Part shown: positions 1 to 12,573 of the stretch, piece after piece
Layout of the letters: each line of letters begins with the position of its first letter
Position numbering within the stretch: the first letter of the stretch is position 1
From: Lobosporangium transversale
Lineage: Eukaryota
NCBI RefSeq assembly: GCF_002105155.1
Contig: NW_019028994.1
Location: 744,001-808,000, forward strand
Direction: 5' to 3'
DNA length: 64,000 nucleotides
Notes under the pieces: model-generated
Databases searched by the model: none
Told to the model about the DNA's origin: nothing
What the model saw: the letters and a program-made list of their open reading frames with translations, nothing else
Translations under genes and position numbers: made by a program

Positions 1-2924
1 ATGAAGTAGCAAAAGCGACAGCAACAACTTCTCGTCGGCAGAGCATTAGTTCAGTATATAGTTTCGAAGCCATGGACATGAAGGAGGACGAGCAGGAAGT
101 GGAAGTAGTGGAGGTGGATGAGGCGTCACCTTTAGTATGGAGAAGCTTTGTGGATGAAGCATCTATCCTTCATTTCTTAGAGGACCGTGTCCGCCTTGAA
201 CCGGTATTCAAACAGCAGCTATATGAATATGTGAAGCTCTCGAAGAGCGATAGCAGGTGGCGGATAGCAGCAGCCAATGCGATGACAATCTTGGTCCAAG
301 CAGGCGAGTCATTTATCGAAGCAGACTTGCGAGGCATTCAGATCCCAGGAGCAGACCTCAGTTATGGTATATTTGAGTATGCTCAGCTACAAGGAGCAGA
401 TCTGAGGAAGGTCAATTTACGGAAGTGTTGGCTTCGTGAAGCAGACCTGAGTGGAGCAAAGATGGCAGGTGTACAGTTTGGAGAATGGCCACTTCTCGAA
501 GTTGGTGGCGCTGTACGCTATGGATCATACTCGCCTGATGGGAAGACACTCGCTGCCGTTATCAAAGATGGCTCTGATAACTATTCAGTTGCTATCTATG
601 ATACATCAACATGGATGATGCTTTCAACTCTGGAGGGCAATGGGATTGGCAATAGGTTTATATACTCGCCAGACAGTCGATATATCGCCTCTTGGGGTTC
701 TCCGCAAACTGCTGTTTTAGTTTGGAATGTAACCTCAGGAATATTAGTTCACCGATTGGAGGGCCATACAAATCTAGTGAACTGCGTAGTGTACTCGCCA
801 GATGGAAAGCACCTTGCCTCAGCTAGCGATGATAAGTCGGTGTTGGTGTGGGACATTCAATCAGGGGTGCTCAAATACAGGTTAGAGGGCCATACAGGCC
901 GTGTGAGAAGTGTGACATACTCTCCTGATGGACTCCGGATTGCAACCGGCAGCCGTGACGGGACAGTACGGTTGTGGGATGCGATATCAGGGCAGCAGCT
1001 GATGAGGATGGATCGTGTGCCTGGAATTGAGCAAATTGTGTATTCACCCAATGGCCAGGAAATTATATCTCACTGTGCTGGTAAAAGTTATTTGTATGTG
1101 TGGGATGTTGGGTCTAGTCAAAAAAAGTACGGGTTGGATCATGATAATAGCGTCTGCGGCATTCAATATTCTCCTAATGGGAAGTTTGTTGCTTCATCTG
1201 CCGGGAGTACGGTATTCCTATGGTATATGCAAACAGGAATGCTCATCCATATTCTTTTAGGGCATACCGAGCGTATCATGGACCTAAGATACTCACCAAA
1301 TGGAGAACAGATTGCCACTTGTAGTATCGACAGCACAGTCCGGCTTTGGGACACGAGATCAGGACAAATCATGAATACCTTTTATGGCCACTTCAGCGAG
1401 ATATGTTGTGTGACATACTCACCAAACAACCATCAACTTGCATCCTTCAGCGATGATAAAACAATACGCCTTTGGGATACTCGATTACAGAAATATAATC
1501 GCAATTCATATGACCATCCATTGCTGGTCTACCCCATTATGAGCTCATCGGATGGAAAGCAGATAGCTTTGCACAGCACTAAACTACTGTGTGTTTGGGA
1601 TGCAAGAACAGGACAGTCCATCCATGTTTTACAAATCCCCGATAAGTACACATGGGACATCAAGTATTCGCCTGATGGTCGGTTGCTTGCTTCTCGCCGT
1701 TATAATTCTTCACGTGTCTACCTTTGGAATGCTCGAACAGGCCAAGTTACCCATACCTTGGAGCTGCAGGACAGGCAATACGATTGGATCTACGCCTTTG
1801 ATTTCTCACCTATTGACCATCGAATTGCCTGTGGTCATCGCCGCGGATATGTGACTATATGGAACACACAAACAGGAGAGCTCATCCACACTCTACGGAG
1901 CCACAAGAGTGTTGTAGGGTGTGTAGTATTCTCACCAGATGGCCACCATCTTGCTTCAATTGATGAAGGTGGCGCTCTTAGAGTCTGGACGGTTCATTCA
2001 GGTGGCCTTTGTTATAAAGTGAAGGATGGAGAAAGGGGCAGCAATCCTGTCAAATACACGCCTGACAGTCAGAAGATAGTGTTTTGTCCCAGATTTATCT
2101 CTCGTGGGCTGAAAGTACGAAACGCAAAAACGGGTGAGCTTTGTTATACACTACCTGGGCACTATACAGGAATAGGGACATTTTCACCATGTAGTCAACG
2201 GATGGCTGATGCCCGCAGCAATGGACAAATTGATGTGCTGCATATGGAAACGGGAGTTGTTTTGTATACTCTTAAAGGGCACACCAGGGAGATCAGAGAG
2301 ATGGCTTACTCGCCTGATGGAAAGTACATTGCTTCAAGCAGCTATGATAAGACAGTGCGAGTGTGGGATGCAGAGACAGGCGAGTGCCTGGTAGTAATCC
2401 TATGTGAAGGCGGGTTTGTTAGAACGCTTGTGTGGAATACCTTTGAAGAAGGCTACTTTTTGGTCACAGGATCTGAGGATGCTTCTGTTCGGATGTGGCA
2501 GATTGTGAAGAAGGATGATCAATATCAGTATTGGCTGAAATGGAGCACCAGGCAAACGACTCTTAATGTCCGTAACATGTGTATTCAAGATGTAACTGGG
2601 TTGAGCGAAATCAATAGGAGGCTCTTGGAGCAACGAGGAACTATAGGTGAGCGTTCCCTTCCATTGGCTGTAGATGAATTATCTAAACAGATTGTAACGA
2701 CGCCATTAATGGCGCTCAAGCGTGATGCTTCCTCTGGTCAAATGGATTTGCATCAAGGCCCAGTAGTGACAGTTTCAGGCATGCCGTTGACAGCAGCGAC
2801 AGCACCAAGCAGATCGATCAAAGACTTTCAGTTCAAATACAGCGTATGCAGCGAATGTAATTTTGCACATGTCATTGCTTGTAGGCCTTGTGATGAAGGA
2901 AAACAATCAACAGCATGTCATTGA
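1..2924 (+). CDS. NLR-like STAND protein copy 1 (5'-truncated by window): end of NACHT-associated region, pentapeptide repeats, WD40 repeats, C-terminal Cys/His motif
   Basis: Frame is open from base 3 (EVAKATATTSRRQSISSVYSFEAM) into ORF 72..2924. Contains pentapeptide repeats (ADLRG/ADLSY/AQLQG/ADLRK) and many GH...WD repeats. Collinear with copies 2-4, which carry the P-loop. Confidence 0.9.
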   Translation, partial: EVAKATATTSRRQSISSVYSFEAMDMKEDEQEVEVVEVDEASPLVWRSFVDEASILHFLEDRVRLEPVFKQQLYEYVKLSKSDSRWRIAAANAMTILVQAGESFIEADLRGIQIPGADLSYGIFEYAQLQGADLRKVNLRKCWLREADLSGAKMAGVQFGEWPLLEVGGAVRYGSYSPDGKTLAAVIKDGSDNYSVAIYDTSTWMMLSTLEGNGIGNRFIYSPDSRYIASWGSPQTAVLVWNVTSGILVHRLEGHTNLVNCVVYSPDGKHLASASDDKSVLVWDIQSGVLKYRLEGHTGRVRSVTYSPDGLRIATGSRDGTVRLWDAISGQQLMRMDRVPGIEQIVYSPNGQEIISHCAGKSYLYVWDVGSSQKKYGLDHDNSVCGIQYSPNGKFVASSAGSTVFLWYMQTGMLIHILLGHTERIMDLRYSPNGEQIATCSIDSTVRLWDTRSGQIMNTFYGHFSEICCVTYSPNNHQLASFSDDKTIRLWDTRLQKYNRNSYDHPLLVYPIMSSSDGKQIALHSTKLLCVWDARTGQSIHVLQIPDKYTWDIKYSPDGRLLASRRYNSSRVYLWNARTGQVTHTLELQDRQYDWIYAFDFSPIDHRIACGHRRGYVTIWNTQTGELIHTLRSHKSVVGCVVFSPDGHHLASIDEGGALRVWTVHSGGLCYKVKDGERGSNPVKYTPDSQKIVFCPRFISRGLKVRNAKTGELCYTLPGHYTGIGTFSPCSQRMADARSNGQIDVLHMETGVVLYTLKGHTREIREMAYSPDGKYIASSSYDKTVRVWDAETGECLVVILCEGGFVRTLVWNTFEEGYFLVTGSEDASVRMWQIVKKDDQYQYWLKWSTRQTTLNVRNMCIQDVTGLSEINRRLLEQRGTIGERSLPLAVDELSKQIVTTPLMALKRDASSGQMDLHQGPVVTVSGMPLTAATAPSRSIKDFQFKYSVCSECNFAHVIACRPCDEGKQSTACH

Positions 2925-4124
2925 GAATAAAGAATAAATTGGGAAAATGCTTGCAGATTAATGGTCATAGAAAGGGTAACGATAAATACACGTCTTTTAC
3001 ATGAGCGATATGATACGACGAATACGTGTCAAGGGTGGAGGCGAGGTAAATCAACCACTGTTGTTATCTAATTCTTTCGTAAAAACGAGTGTCTTGTCTA
3101 TATGGCAGCTAGTTGACGAGGATGTGGTCCCCTATGCTCTTAATTAACGGGAACGTTGCTAGGAACGTCCACGTTGTTGTTCTTTTTAAAAAGGGTGGTA
3201 AAGATTTGTTTTGTATTTGTATACGAGTAATATCTACGATTAAGAACAGGATCTACAGTTACTTTTCAGCGACGGCTGAGAAGCGGTATATATCAGATCT
3301 AACAGGGCTGTCATGATGTGTCAGAATGATCTTTTCTTTGCTTGTAAATGTACTGAGAGGGCACTGGCTGGGTCAAGGGTGTTATTGGGGATAAAATTAC
3401 AATGTCTTTAAGCGTTTGAAACGATTATATGGAAATACAATATATACGACTGTACTGTAAATGCATGTTACTTGGCAATTAAGGAAGCTTGCTTTCAACA
3501 GAGGTGAAAATGCACGTTCATGTGTGTACAGATCCTTGTTGCACGACCATGCTGGACATGAAGATGTAATGGGCGATCCAAACATGAATGTTCAGGTATA
3601 CATTTACAGTTGCACAAGAAAGATTTTGTCACAGCAATTACAGTGTCCTCAGCCCCTTTTTCCCTCCTTTTTTCTGACAGAGAGACCGCGTGGTAGCAAA
3701 TGATGGAACAAAGCCATGTGCTCTGTTATAGTGTGTGTGCAATTGTGGGTTGTGGATTACATGATTACATGAGCATGGCTTGTCCTGTCCCCTATCTTCT
3801 TTCTTCTACAGCTGGAGCTGGAGCTGGAGTCTCTCTTTCTCTCTCTTTCTCTCTTTCTTCTCTTTCTTCTCTTTCTCCCTTACTGCCCAGTTTAACTCTG
3901 CCCTCATTGCATCCCAGCAACTCATTCTCCATTCTCCATTCTTCTTTTCTCTTCATCCCATTACTTTCCTTTCTTTTCCTTCTTTTCTTCTTCCCTTCCT
4001 TCCTTCCTTCCTTCCTTCTTTCATTTCTCCCTTTTGTGCGAGTGTTTATATCAATAAAAGGAAAGAGTAATAAAAACAGATAGGGAGGAGGTGCTTGTCC
4101 ATATCCTCAAAAAAGCAAAAAGTC

Positions 4125-5661
4125 ATGAGCCGTCCTCAGTCTGTCAACACTGTTGACACACCCGTTCACGATCTCGCGTCCAGTCCTCCCAATCCCTCTG
4201 ATGCCTCTCAGACAGACCCCGTCCTCTCTCCCCCTAACCAGCCCCGTCGCTCTCTCTCCACTCACCTCTCCCCTGATTATCACAGCTGGGTCACCGATGT
4301 CTCTTCCCCTTCTCAAGGCCCAACTTCTTCCTCACCAGCTGTTCCCACTGTACCTTCTGCCAGTCGTTTCCTAGATGCTGTCACAGGTCGATCCAAGGCA
4401 CAGCAAGGACGTATTAGACGAGAGAACCAACCCAGCTTCAATGGATCCACTTTTACAAATTCCGACAACGAAGCTAGTAGAGAGCACGACTCTGAGTATG
4501 GCAATAACAACGACAACAACGACAATGACGACGAAGATGCTAATGACAATGGCGACGATAGTAGCAAGGACAACAAAGATATTGTACAGCAACAAGACCC
4601 TATTCTGCCCACTCGCAGTAGCAACGGTCGTAGTAGCCGCGGTTATGGTGCCACGAATACTAGTAGTCAAGACCCTTCTTTGAGTACAACAGTAGCTCCC
4701 CTTAGCTCTAACTACGGATTCAACGATACGACTGATGCCGCGTCAACCCCAAGACTTCCTCCCCTGAGCCAGAGTCGCGTGCAAGTGCCCGATCGTACAC
4801 GACCAGCATACAAAATGGGGGCTCCTATTACGACCAAACAACGTCCAAATAAACAGCGCACACCTTCTACGTCTCCAACATCAGAGCCCGACCATGACCG
4901 TGCAGACCAGCCGACAGAGACATCAGCGTTGCTAGGAGGAGGAGGGCGAGACAACCAAAATAGGACAAGGAACCCACAAGGGGATAGAGAGGAGAGATGG
5001 ACCAACGAGGGATCTAGGCGTAGGGTAGCACGCTACGATGGCGCAAATCAACAAGGAATCTTGGACCAGTATATGACAGATGAAAACGGCATGGATTCAT
5101 TACGTCGACCGAGCAGGTAAGGATTGGATTGGGCTAGTTGGTTTTGTTCTTTTTTTGTATGCATCATTCAACATCAGGATGGTGTGATTTGGCGGTATAA
5201 CATATTTTATTTTATTGCCTTTAATTTTAAAGTCATCATCACACGACCAGATGCAAGGTCTATGAAAGATGTGATATGATGCCATCAAAAAATTTTGCTT
5301 GTTCGTGCATTCATTTACTGATTGATGGGCTACTCTTTATTTTATTTAATGTTGCTCAATGCACTAAAGGGCTAGATCGCTCTCACCCACAATGGAATCT
5401 CGACGGGATAATCGGATTGCAGGCAAGGTAGCCTTTGAAAACTATCCTCATGGAAGCCATCGAAGTCGTAGTCAGAGTAGACCATTCCATAATCTGCGGC
5501 GATCTAGCATGGCAAACATCAACAGGGTTCGAGATAAATTGCTTCCACGCCGAAGTATGTTTTATGATGATGCCAAAGAGGCTCTCGTTAAGGAAAACAA
5601 TGGTATTCGTGTTTGGTATCACAATTATACCACCATTGGTAAGTTGCGCTCAATCAATGAC

Positions 5662-5696
<35 letters not shown>

Positions 5697-8370
5697 CGTG
5701 GGCTAAATTGACATGGCATTTTTCTGCTTCATTACTTATTCTAACCTTTTTTTATTTTACGTCCATTTCAACTTTTATTGTGGATTTATAAAAGATTGGA
5801 TTCATGACTTTGTGAAGGAACGCGTCCGCTTAAGACATTTACGATCGATTGGTGGCATACGTGGAGTGATCAAAAACAGAGCAGATGGCCTGAAAGGTTG
5901 GATACTTGTGCTCTTAACAGGTAAGAAATTATAGCTGCAACACATGCAATGTATCTGTTTTGATTGTTTGTGCAAATGTAAATGAGGAGGAGGAACTACC
6001 AATTTTCGCCGCAGCAGCTTATCTTTCAGCAAAGCCTCTTGTTCCTCCACATGCACGTGGGATCTATTAGATCTTATTTAATGCAACCTTATTTTTATTT
6101 TATTTTTACACTTTAAATCTGATTAAAAATGAACAAAAGCACACCATATCACATCATCACATCATCACATCATTTCTGGATACTGATACTGATGGATGGT
6201 GCTGATGCTGATGCTGATGCTGATGCTGATGCTGATGGACGGCTTTGGTAACTAATCTCCGCAATTGTGCATTCATTTTATTTATTATCTAATATCTATT
6301 TATTTATTTATCTACTTTAGGCCTCATCACAGCATGTCTGGCAGCTTTTATTGATGTCTTCAGTTGGTGGTTGGGCGATTTGCGCATGGGCTATTGTACC
6401 ACCAACTTTTGGTGGAGCCAATACTTTTGCTGCTGGAACTCTAAAAACTGTAAGTTGCTAGATACAATGATTGCTTTGAGAAGAGATGAAAATATATATA
6501 TACATATATATAGAATATGTGTTGTTCAACTTTTTTTTTTTCCTCCCTTTTTCATATTAATTTATTTTTACTTTTAATGATGATCCATCTCATTGACTGC
6601 AATATTGACTGCAATATTAGCTGCTGGGACATGTCCAGAGTGGGTCTCCTGGTCAAAGGCGCTTGCACCTGGCGAACTTAATATGAGAGTTTCAAACGAC
6701 ACCTTTGACTGGATTATCTATTGCTTATTTGGTGTAAGTTGTTTGTGATATATAAGGCCCCATTATTTGGGGGACAGGATTTGAAGAAAAAAAAAAAAAA
6801 AAAAAAAAAAAAACTAATGAATGATCGAATACATAGGTCTTGTTTGCTGGCGTTTGTGTAGTGATGGTGACCTCTGATGGGACCGTATCACAGCAACGAT
6901 CTCATGGAGCAACAAAAAGACGTAGTGTGCCCAATAATGGAGGCTTTGTCAGTTCTGCTCACAGAAACTCCGTTCAATCGATTTTGGATGCATCACAACC
7001 AAAGAAAATTGCCTACTTTGGTGCCGGATCTGGTATTCCAGAGGTCAAAACTATCCTCGGCGGATTTGTCATTCGAGGGTTCTTGGGATTTAGGACTTTG
7101 ATGATTAAGTTGATTGGACTGGTAAGTGAATGTCGTCCTTTTTTTTTTTTTTTTTTTTTTTTTTCGTTTTAAATCACTGTTTATGACTATAAAAAAATCC
7201 ATTTTATTAATTATCCAAAATTAATACTCATTCTGGCGATGCATATTCATCTAGCCCCTGATGGTAGCTTCAGGACTCAATATGGGAAAACAAGGCCCAC
7301 TTGTCCATATCGCTTGCTGTGTTGCAAACATTGTATGCCGTATCTTTGACAAATACAATCGTAATGACGGTAAGTAGCTCATCTCGACTGTCTTTTTTTT
7401 TTTTTTTTTTTTTCTCAAAAAATAAAAACCCCCCCAATGACGGTTCATTTTCATTCAACTCACACAAACATCTATGTGCTCATATTCTCGACAGGAAAAC
7501 GCAGGGAGATTTTATCTGCTGCTGCTGCATCAGGAGTTGCAGTCGCCTTCGGTGCTCCTATTGGTGGCGTCTTGTTCTCACTCGAGGAGGTTTCTTACTA
7601 CTTCCCAAGCAAGACCATGTGGCGGACCTATTTCTGTGCATTGACATCTGCTGTTGTGTTGAAGGTAAATACCACTACTATTTTTCTGATCATTGCTTGA
7701 GACAAATGACCTCTTGAGATAAAAAAAAATAAAAAAATAAAAAAAAAATAAAAAAAAACTGAGATGTCTATATCAACCTGTCAATAATAGATGATCAATC
7801 CATATCGCATTGGGAAAGCAGTTCTCTTCCAGGTTACTTACAACAGAGATTGGCATCTCTTTGAAGCTGTCCCATTCTTTTTTATCAGTGTATTCGGGGT
7901 AAGAATTATCAATAATACAATTATTGAAAGGGCTTTTATTTATTTGTCTATCATTTTAATGGAGGCTCATTTGCTACAATGCTTCTTTGTGGGATATATA
8001 TTTTAACACTAAACATGAAACGATAACTTCATTGATATCTCTTTTGTTTTTATTTTTTTATTTTTTTTATTTATTTTATTTTTTTTAAAAAAGGGCGTCT
8101 ATGGAGCACTTTTCTCTCAGTTCCACATGTCGTACTCTCGGTTCCGATCTCGGACGTACATTGGTCGCCATCCAGTGCAGGAAGTCCTGGTCGTTGCCCT
8201 CATCACTTGTGCGGTCCAGTGGCTCAACCCTTGGACTCGGGTCAATCTTTTGCAACTCCTGACTAATTTATATAGCGAGTGCACGGCCGATAATCATCTG
8301 AATGGAATGTGCGCGTAAGTATTTTTTTTTTTTTTTTTTTTTATAGTCTGGAGGTGTTTGTTACACAACC

Positions 8371-8401
<31 letters not shown>

Positions 8402-9790
8402 GATACTGTTTACAGGGAAGTAATCGTTGCTCTAAAATTACTATTTACGTTAGTGTTGAGATTGAGCAGATTTACCCAATCTTTTTACTCCTGGCACAAG
8501 TATTCGTGATGAAGGTTGTCCTTAATTTCATTACATTCGGAGTCAAGGTTCCTGGAGGGATTTTTATCCCTACCATGGTCGCCGGGGCTGTATTCGGACG
8601 TATGGTCGGACTAGGTGTGCAGTGGTTGATTGCGTAAGTATCCTTTTTATTTTATTTTATTTTATTTTTTCTTACAACATATCTATTGAACAAAAAAGAA
8701 AAAGAGAAGAATGCCCAGTCGGCCATGCATCTTTATGCTCACCATCTTGCTCAACGGCATGATCTGGTGAACCTTTATAGCAAATATCCCGAGCACCAAG
8801 TTTTCCAGGTTTGCAACGGTGATAGTATGGACTGCATTATTCCAGGCCTGTATGCGATGATTGGGGCTGCAGCATGCTTATCAGGCGTCACTCGCATGAC
8901 CGTATCCTTGGTCGTCATCATGTTTGAGTTGACAGGAGCGATGACATACTCGTTACCTATTATGATGGCTGTCATGATTGGTAAATTTGTTGGGGATGCA
9001 TTTTCACCCGATGCGTTCTTCAATAAGCTGATTGCTCTGAATGAGCATCCTTACCTCGACAATAAGAAGGATTACAACACATGTGGATCAGCCGCTGATA
9101 TTGCGGATCGATTTGTAGAGACCATTGACGTGAATGTTGTTAATGATGTAGCTTCATTGAGACGCAAGGTTGAATTCCTTGCCGCCTCGGGATATTCCGA
9201 TGGAGGTCTTGCGATCGTAGATCGAGGTCTTTTGGTCGGTTATATAGCTTCTAACGAGCTAGGACATGCTTTGGACCTGGCGGAAGAAAAACATCCAGAA
9301 TGTATCTGCATCTTCAGGAACCGTGCTTCTTCAAATGTCCCTGCAGCGGAGATTATCACCTCTTTGACAGATCTGGAAGCGCGATCTGGAAGTGGAAGTA
9401 CTTCTCCACTTTCATCCAAATCACAATCACAGGATTGGCGACAAGACCGACAGATCCATCCAAGCTATGATGACTCTAGTTTTGATAATGATATGCAGGG
9501 CCATGATAGGCCGATTAGGCCAGGCAACCTTGCATCTTCTGGACGTTTCTATAGTAGGAGCAAGGACAGCCTGGAGCAGATTTTACGTTCAGACAGCAAG
9601 AGTTTACTTGGTTCCAGAACCGACAGTGGTCTATCAGCAGAGTACTTGGCAGATGGAGAAAGTGACCGTCCTCATCTTGATGCGCGACGTGATCGTATCG
9701 GTAGCACGGGAACAGTGGCCCTTTTGAGTGATCCAGCACACACTATGGACTTTACGCCTTTCACTGATCAAGTAAGAGAGTTTTGCTTTG

Positions 9791-9823
<33 letters not shown>

Positions 9824-10100
9824 ATTCGATAGTAATGGAAGGAAGGAGAGATAATTTACTCCGCTTCATTCTAATTTTGTTTTTTCTTTCTTTCTTTTTT
9901 CTCAAAAGGCCCCATTAGCAGTCAGCTTGTTTTCATCGATGGACTTGGTTATGGAACTATTCATCAAGTTGGGCATCAAGTATGTATGTGTAGTCAAGGC
10001 TGGACAACTTTATGGTATGATCCACAAGAAGCGACTTTTAGCCTTCTTGAAAGAGAATGATGACAAGCAAATGCGATACAACCGAGGCGAATGCTTCTGA
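4125..10100 (+). CDS. CLC-family chloride channel/transporter (ClC-3/Gef1-like) with CBS domains, multi-exon
   Basis: Spliced exons give GSGIPE, GKQGP (canonical GKEGP), [24 protein letters not shown] and [18 protein letters not shown]. Long disordered N-terminus. ATG at 4125, TGA ending at 10100. Confidence 0.9.
6147..6236. repeat. Intronic microsatellites (ATCAC)n and (CTGATG)n
   Basis: Tandem units directly visible inside a CLC intron. Confidence 0.85.
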
Positions 10101-10458
10101 GGGTTGAATTTGGCAACACACAAGATAAAAAAAAACTTTTTTTTATTTATATATATCCTCGATATAAAATCCTCTAGCACCAATACCACTACCTACCATT
10201 CAACATGTATACGTTACTACTCTTTCTTTCTTTCTTTCTTTCCCCATTTTTCCTTTTCACTTTTCACATTTCCTTGACATTAGTGAACACTATGTACAAT
10301 ACATTCTAAAGAACATACACATGCCTTTGTAGGCACTTTTTTTTTTTTTTTTTTTTTTTTTTTCAATCTTCTTTTCTCTTTTTTTATTTTTTATTTATTT
10401 ATTTTTTCTCTTCTTTTCTTTTCAACTTTTATTATGAGAAAAATGCAGAGAGTATAGT

Positions 10459-10545
10459 AAAAGAAAAGAAAAGAAAAGAAAAGAAAAGAAAAGAAAAGAA
10501 AAGAAAAGAAAAGAAAAGAAAAGAAAAGAAATGAAATGAAATGAA
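10459..10545. repeat. (AAAAG)14 microsatellite followed by (AAATG)n
   Basis: Directly visible, between the convergent 3' ends of the CLC gene and FCF1. Confidence 0.95.
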
Positions 10546-10570
10546 AATGCTAGAATATAAAATGGTATGA

Positions 10571-11104
10571 TTAATTGGTGGGAGCGCCATAGGCCTCTGG
10601 CAAGCGCTCGATTGTATACTTGCGTTGGGATAGATACATGATGGGGATACCGGGGATCTTTCTTATCCTCCGTTTGAGATCACGATCACATGTGGCGACG
10701 ATAAAGCATTTGTGTTGCATCACACGTTCGACAAGACAATCATCAGCATAAGTTCCTTTGTGAGTACAGGGTAAACGTTCGAATCTTGGATCACGAGCCA
10801 CCCTAAGGGCCACTTTGAATTTAGGGCCCAACTTCTCCAACTCTGCCATGACACAATCGGTAATACAGGGGATGGATTTAGCATAGAGACAATCCATCAT
10901 GCCCTTGACCAGTTCGATCTTGTTTTGAATTGAGAAGTTGATAAAGTTGGTATCGACCAAGACCCTGTATGGTGGTCCTAATGCTGAATTGTAGTTGAAG
11001 AACAAGGATGATGCGACTTGAGGACTAGATAAATAAGTAATAAAATAAAATGAGAAATAAGAAATGCAATGAAACGGGGGTTAGAAGAGAGGATATTCAA
11101 GCAA

Positions 11105-11139
<35 letters not shown>

Positions 11140-11474
11140 AAAAGAGACAGAGCATTGTAAAGATAACTTTTAGCGTAAGAGAACAAAAAAAACTTACATG
11201 TGCCTGACAGCCTTTTTCTCCTTCTCCTCTTCTTTTTTCTTTAATTTCTCCTGGTTTGCTTTAAGACGTGCATCATTAGGGTTGATCATACGCTTGACAA
11301 GCGCAAATTTCTTTGTAGTCTTGGTCTTGCCCTGTTCATAGGGGATGAGAAAAGAAAAAATAAACAAAACAAAAAAGAAAGAATAAAAGGAGATAAAGAA
11401 GTTAGGGGATGAACTTTTGGAGGGATTCATTGCTGTCCTTTTGTATTTGTAAATAAAAAAAAAAAACGCACCAT
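10571..11474 (-). CDS. FCF1: rRNA-processing PIN-domain protein Fcf1/Utp24, 3 exons
   Basis: ATG|intron|[23 protein letters not shown]...[17 protein letters not shown]...GTYADDC...[19 protein letters not shown] is the typical Fcf1 sequence. Confidence 0.93.
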
Positions 11475-11946
11475 GTTGTCTAGGAAATAACAATAATAAT
11501 AATAACAATAATAAAAAAACTCCTGTTGCCTTTCTGTTAATAATCTTCTTTTTCAATGATGTTCTTTGTCGCCGTTGTTGTTTTTGCTGTTGTTGTCGTT
11601 ATTGGACGGAATGAATGAATAATAAATGAGAAGGGTAAAATGATACATTTATAAATACGGTAGTATTTTTTGTATATATTAAAAAAAAAAAAAAAAAAAA
11701 AGTGACTGCTTTAAGGGCAGCAAACAAATACAGCAGTGCAAGTAGCTTATTAAGGGGTGACTACCATTTTGGTGGCGCACTCCTGAACAAACACAATGTT
11801 CCCCTCGAGAAAAGGAGAAAAGGAAAGGAGAAAAGGGAGGAAAAGGAAAAAGGAAAAAGGCTGCAACCACATCTTTTTTTTTTTTTTTCTTTTTCAGGTC
11901 CACCTTTCCCTCATCCTCCCCCAACATCTCATTCACATTTCAGACC

Positions 11947-12573
11947 ATGGCACAACAGTCCTCCTATGGGGCAATCCCCACTGAAGACCCTGAGCAAAAT
12001 GTCGCGCCTGCCAACAACCATGAGGACAACAATGATGATGCAGCCTCAAACTACAGGAGGACGCGTCTCGAGGTTGGGGAGGTCATCGAGTCCAAACGGG
12101 CTCATGTCTTGATCGTTTCCCTCACCATCCTTGACATCATCCTGGTCATCCTTCAGATTGCTGCCACATTGTTGGGACTGGACAATAGTAAAGATGCTCA
12201 TCAGGTCCTCGAGATCTTTGCCCATATATCCTTGGGGATCGTGACCTTCTTTGTGGTTGAAATCTTGCTCAAGGTCTTTGCTTTTGGTCTGGATTACTTT
12301 TGGATCAACAGTCCGTTCGGTCTGTTGCATCTGGCGGATGCCATTATTATCTTCATCTCCTTCTTCCTCGAGGTCTTCTTGACGGGTGCAGAACAAGAAT
12401 TGGGAGCGCTGTTGATCATCTTCCGTCTCTGGCGTATTGTCAAGCTCACGGGTGCGGTGGCGATCGAGACTGCAGAGCACAGTCAGGCTCGAATCGTTCA
12501 ATTGGAAAGCCAAATCAAGGAACTAGAACGCGAAAACCAGCGTCTTCGCGCCAACACAATTGACCAAGTTTGA
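11947..12573 (+). CDS. HVCN1: Voltage-gated proton channel Hv1-like, single exon
   Basis: Four hydrophobic segments, S1 Asp (LTILDIILV), S4 signature RLWRIVK (RxWRxxR/K), C-terminal coiled coil (IVQLESQIKELERENQRL) and no pore domain. Confidence 0.85.
   Translation: MAQQSSYGAIPTEDPEQNVAPANNHEDNNDDAASNYRRTRLEVGEVIESKRAHVLIVSLTILDIILVILQIAATLLGLDNSKDAHQVLEIFAHISLGIVTFFVVEILLKVFAFGLDYFWINSPFGLLHLADAIIIFISFFLEVFLTGAEQELGALLIIFRLWRIVKLTGAVAIETAEHSQARIVQLESQIKELERENQRLRANTIDQV

Noticed and set aside
3700..4083. ORFs rich in Ser/Leu/Phe upstream of the CLC gene
   Set aside because: Translation of a CT-rich promoter/5' UTR tract. The same applies to poly-F and poly-K ORFs arising from homopolymer introns across the window.
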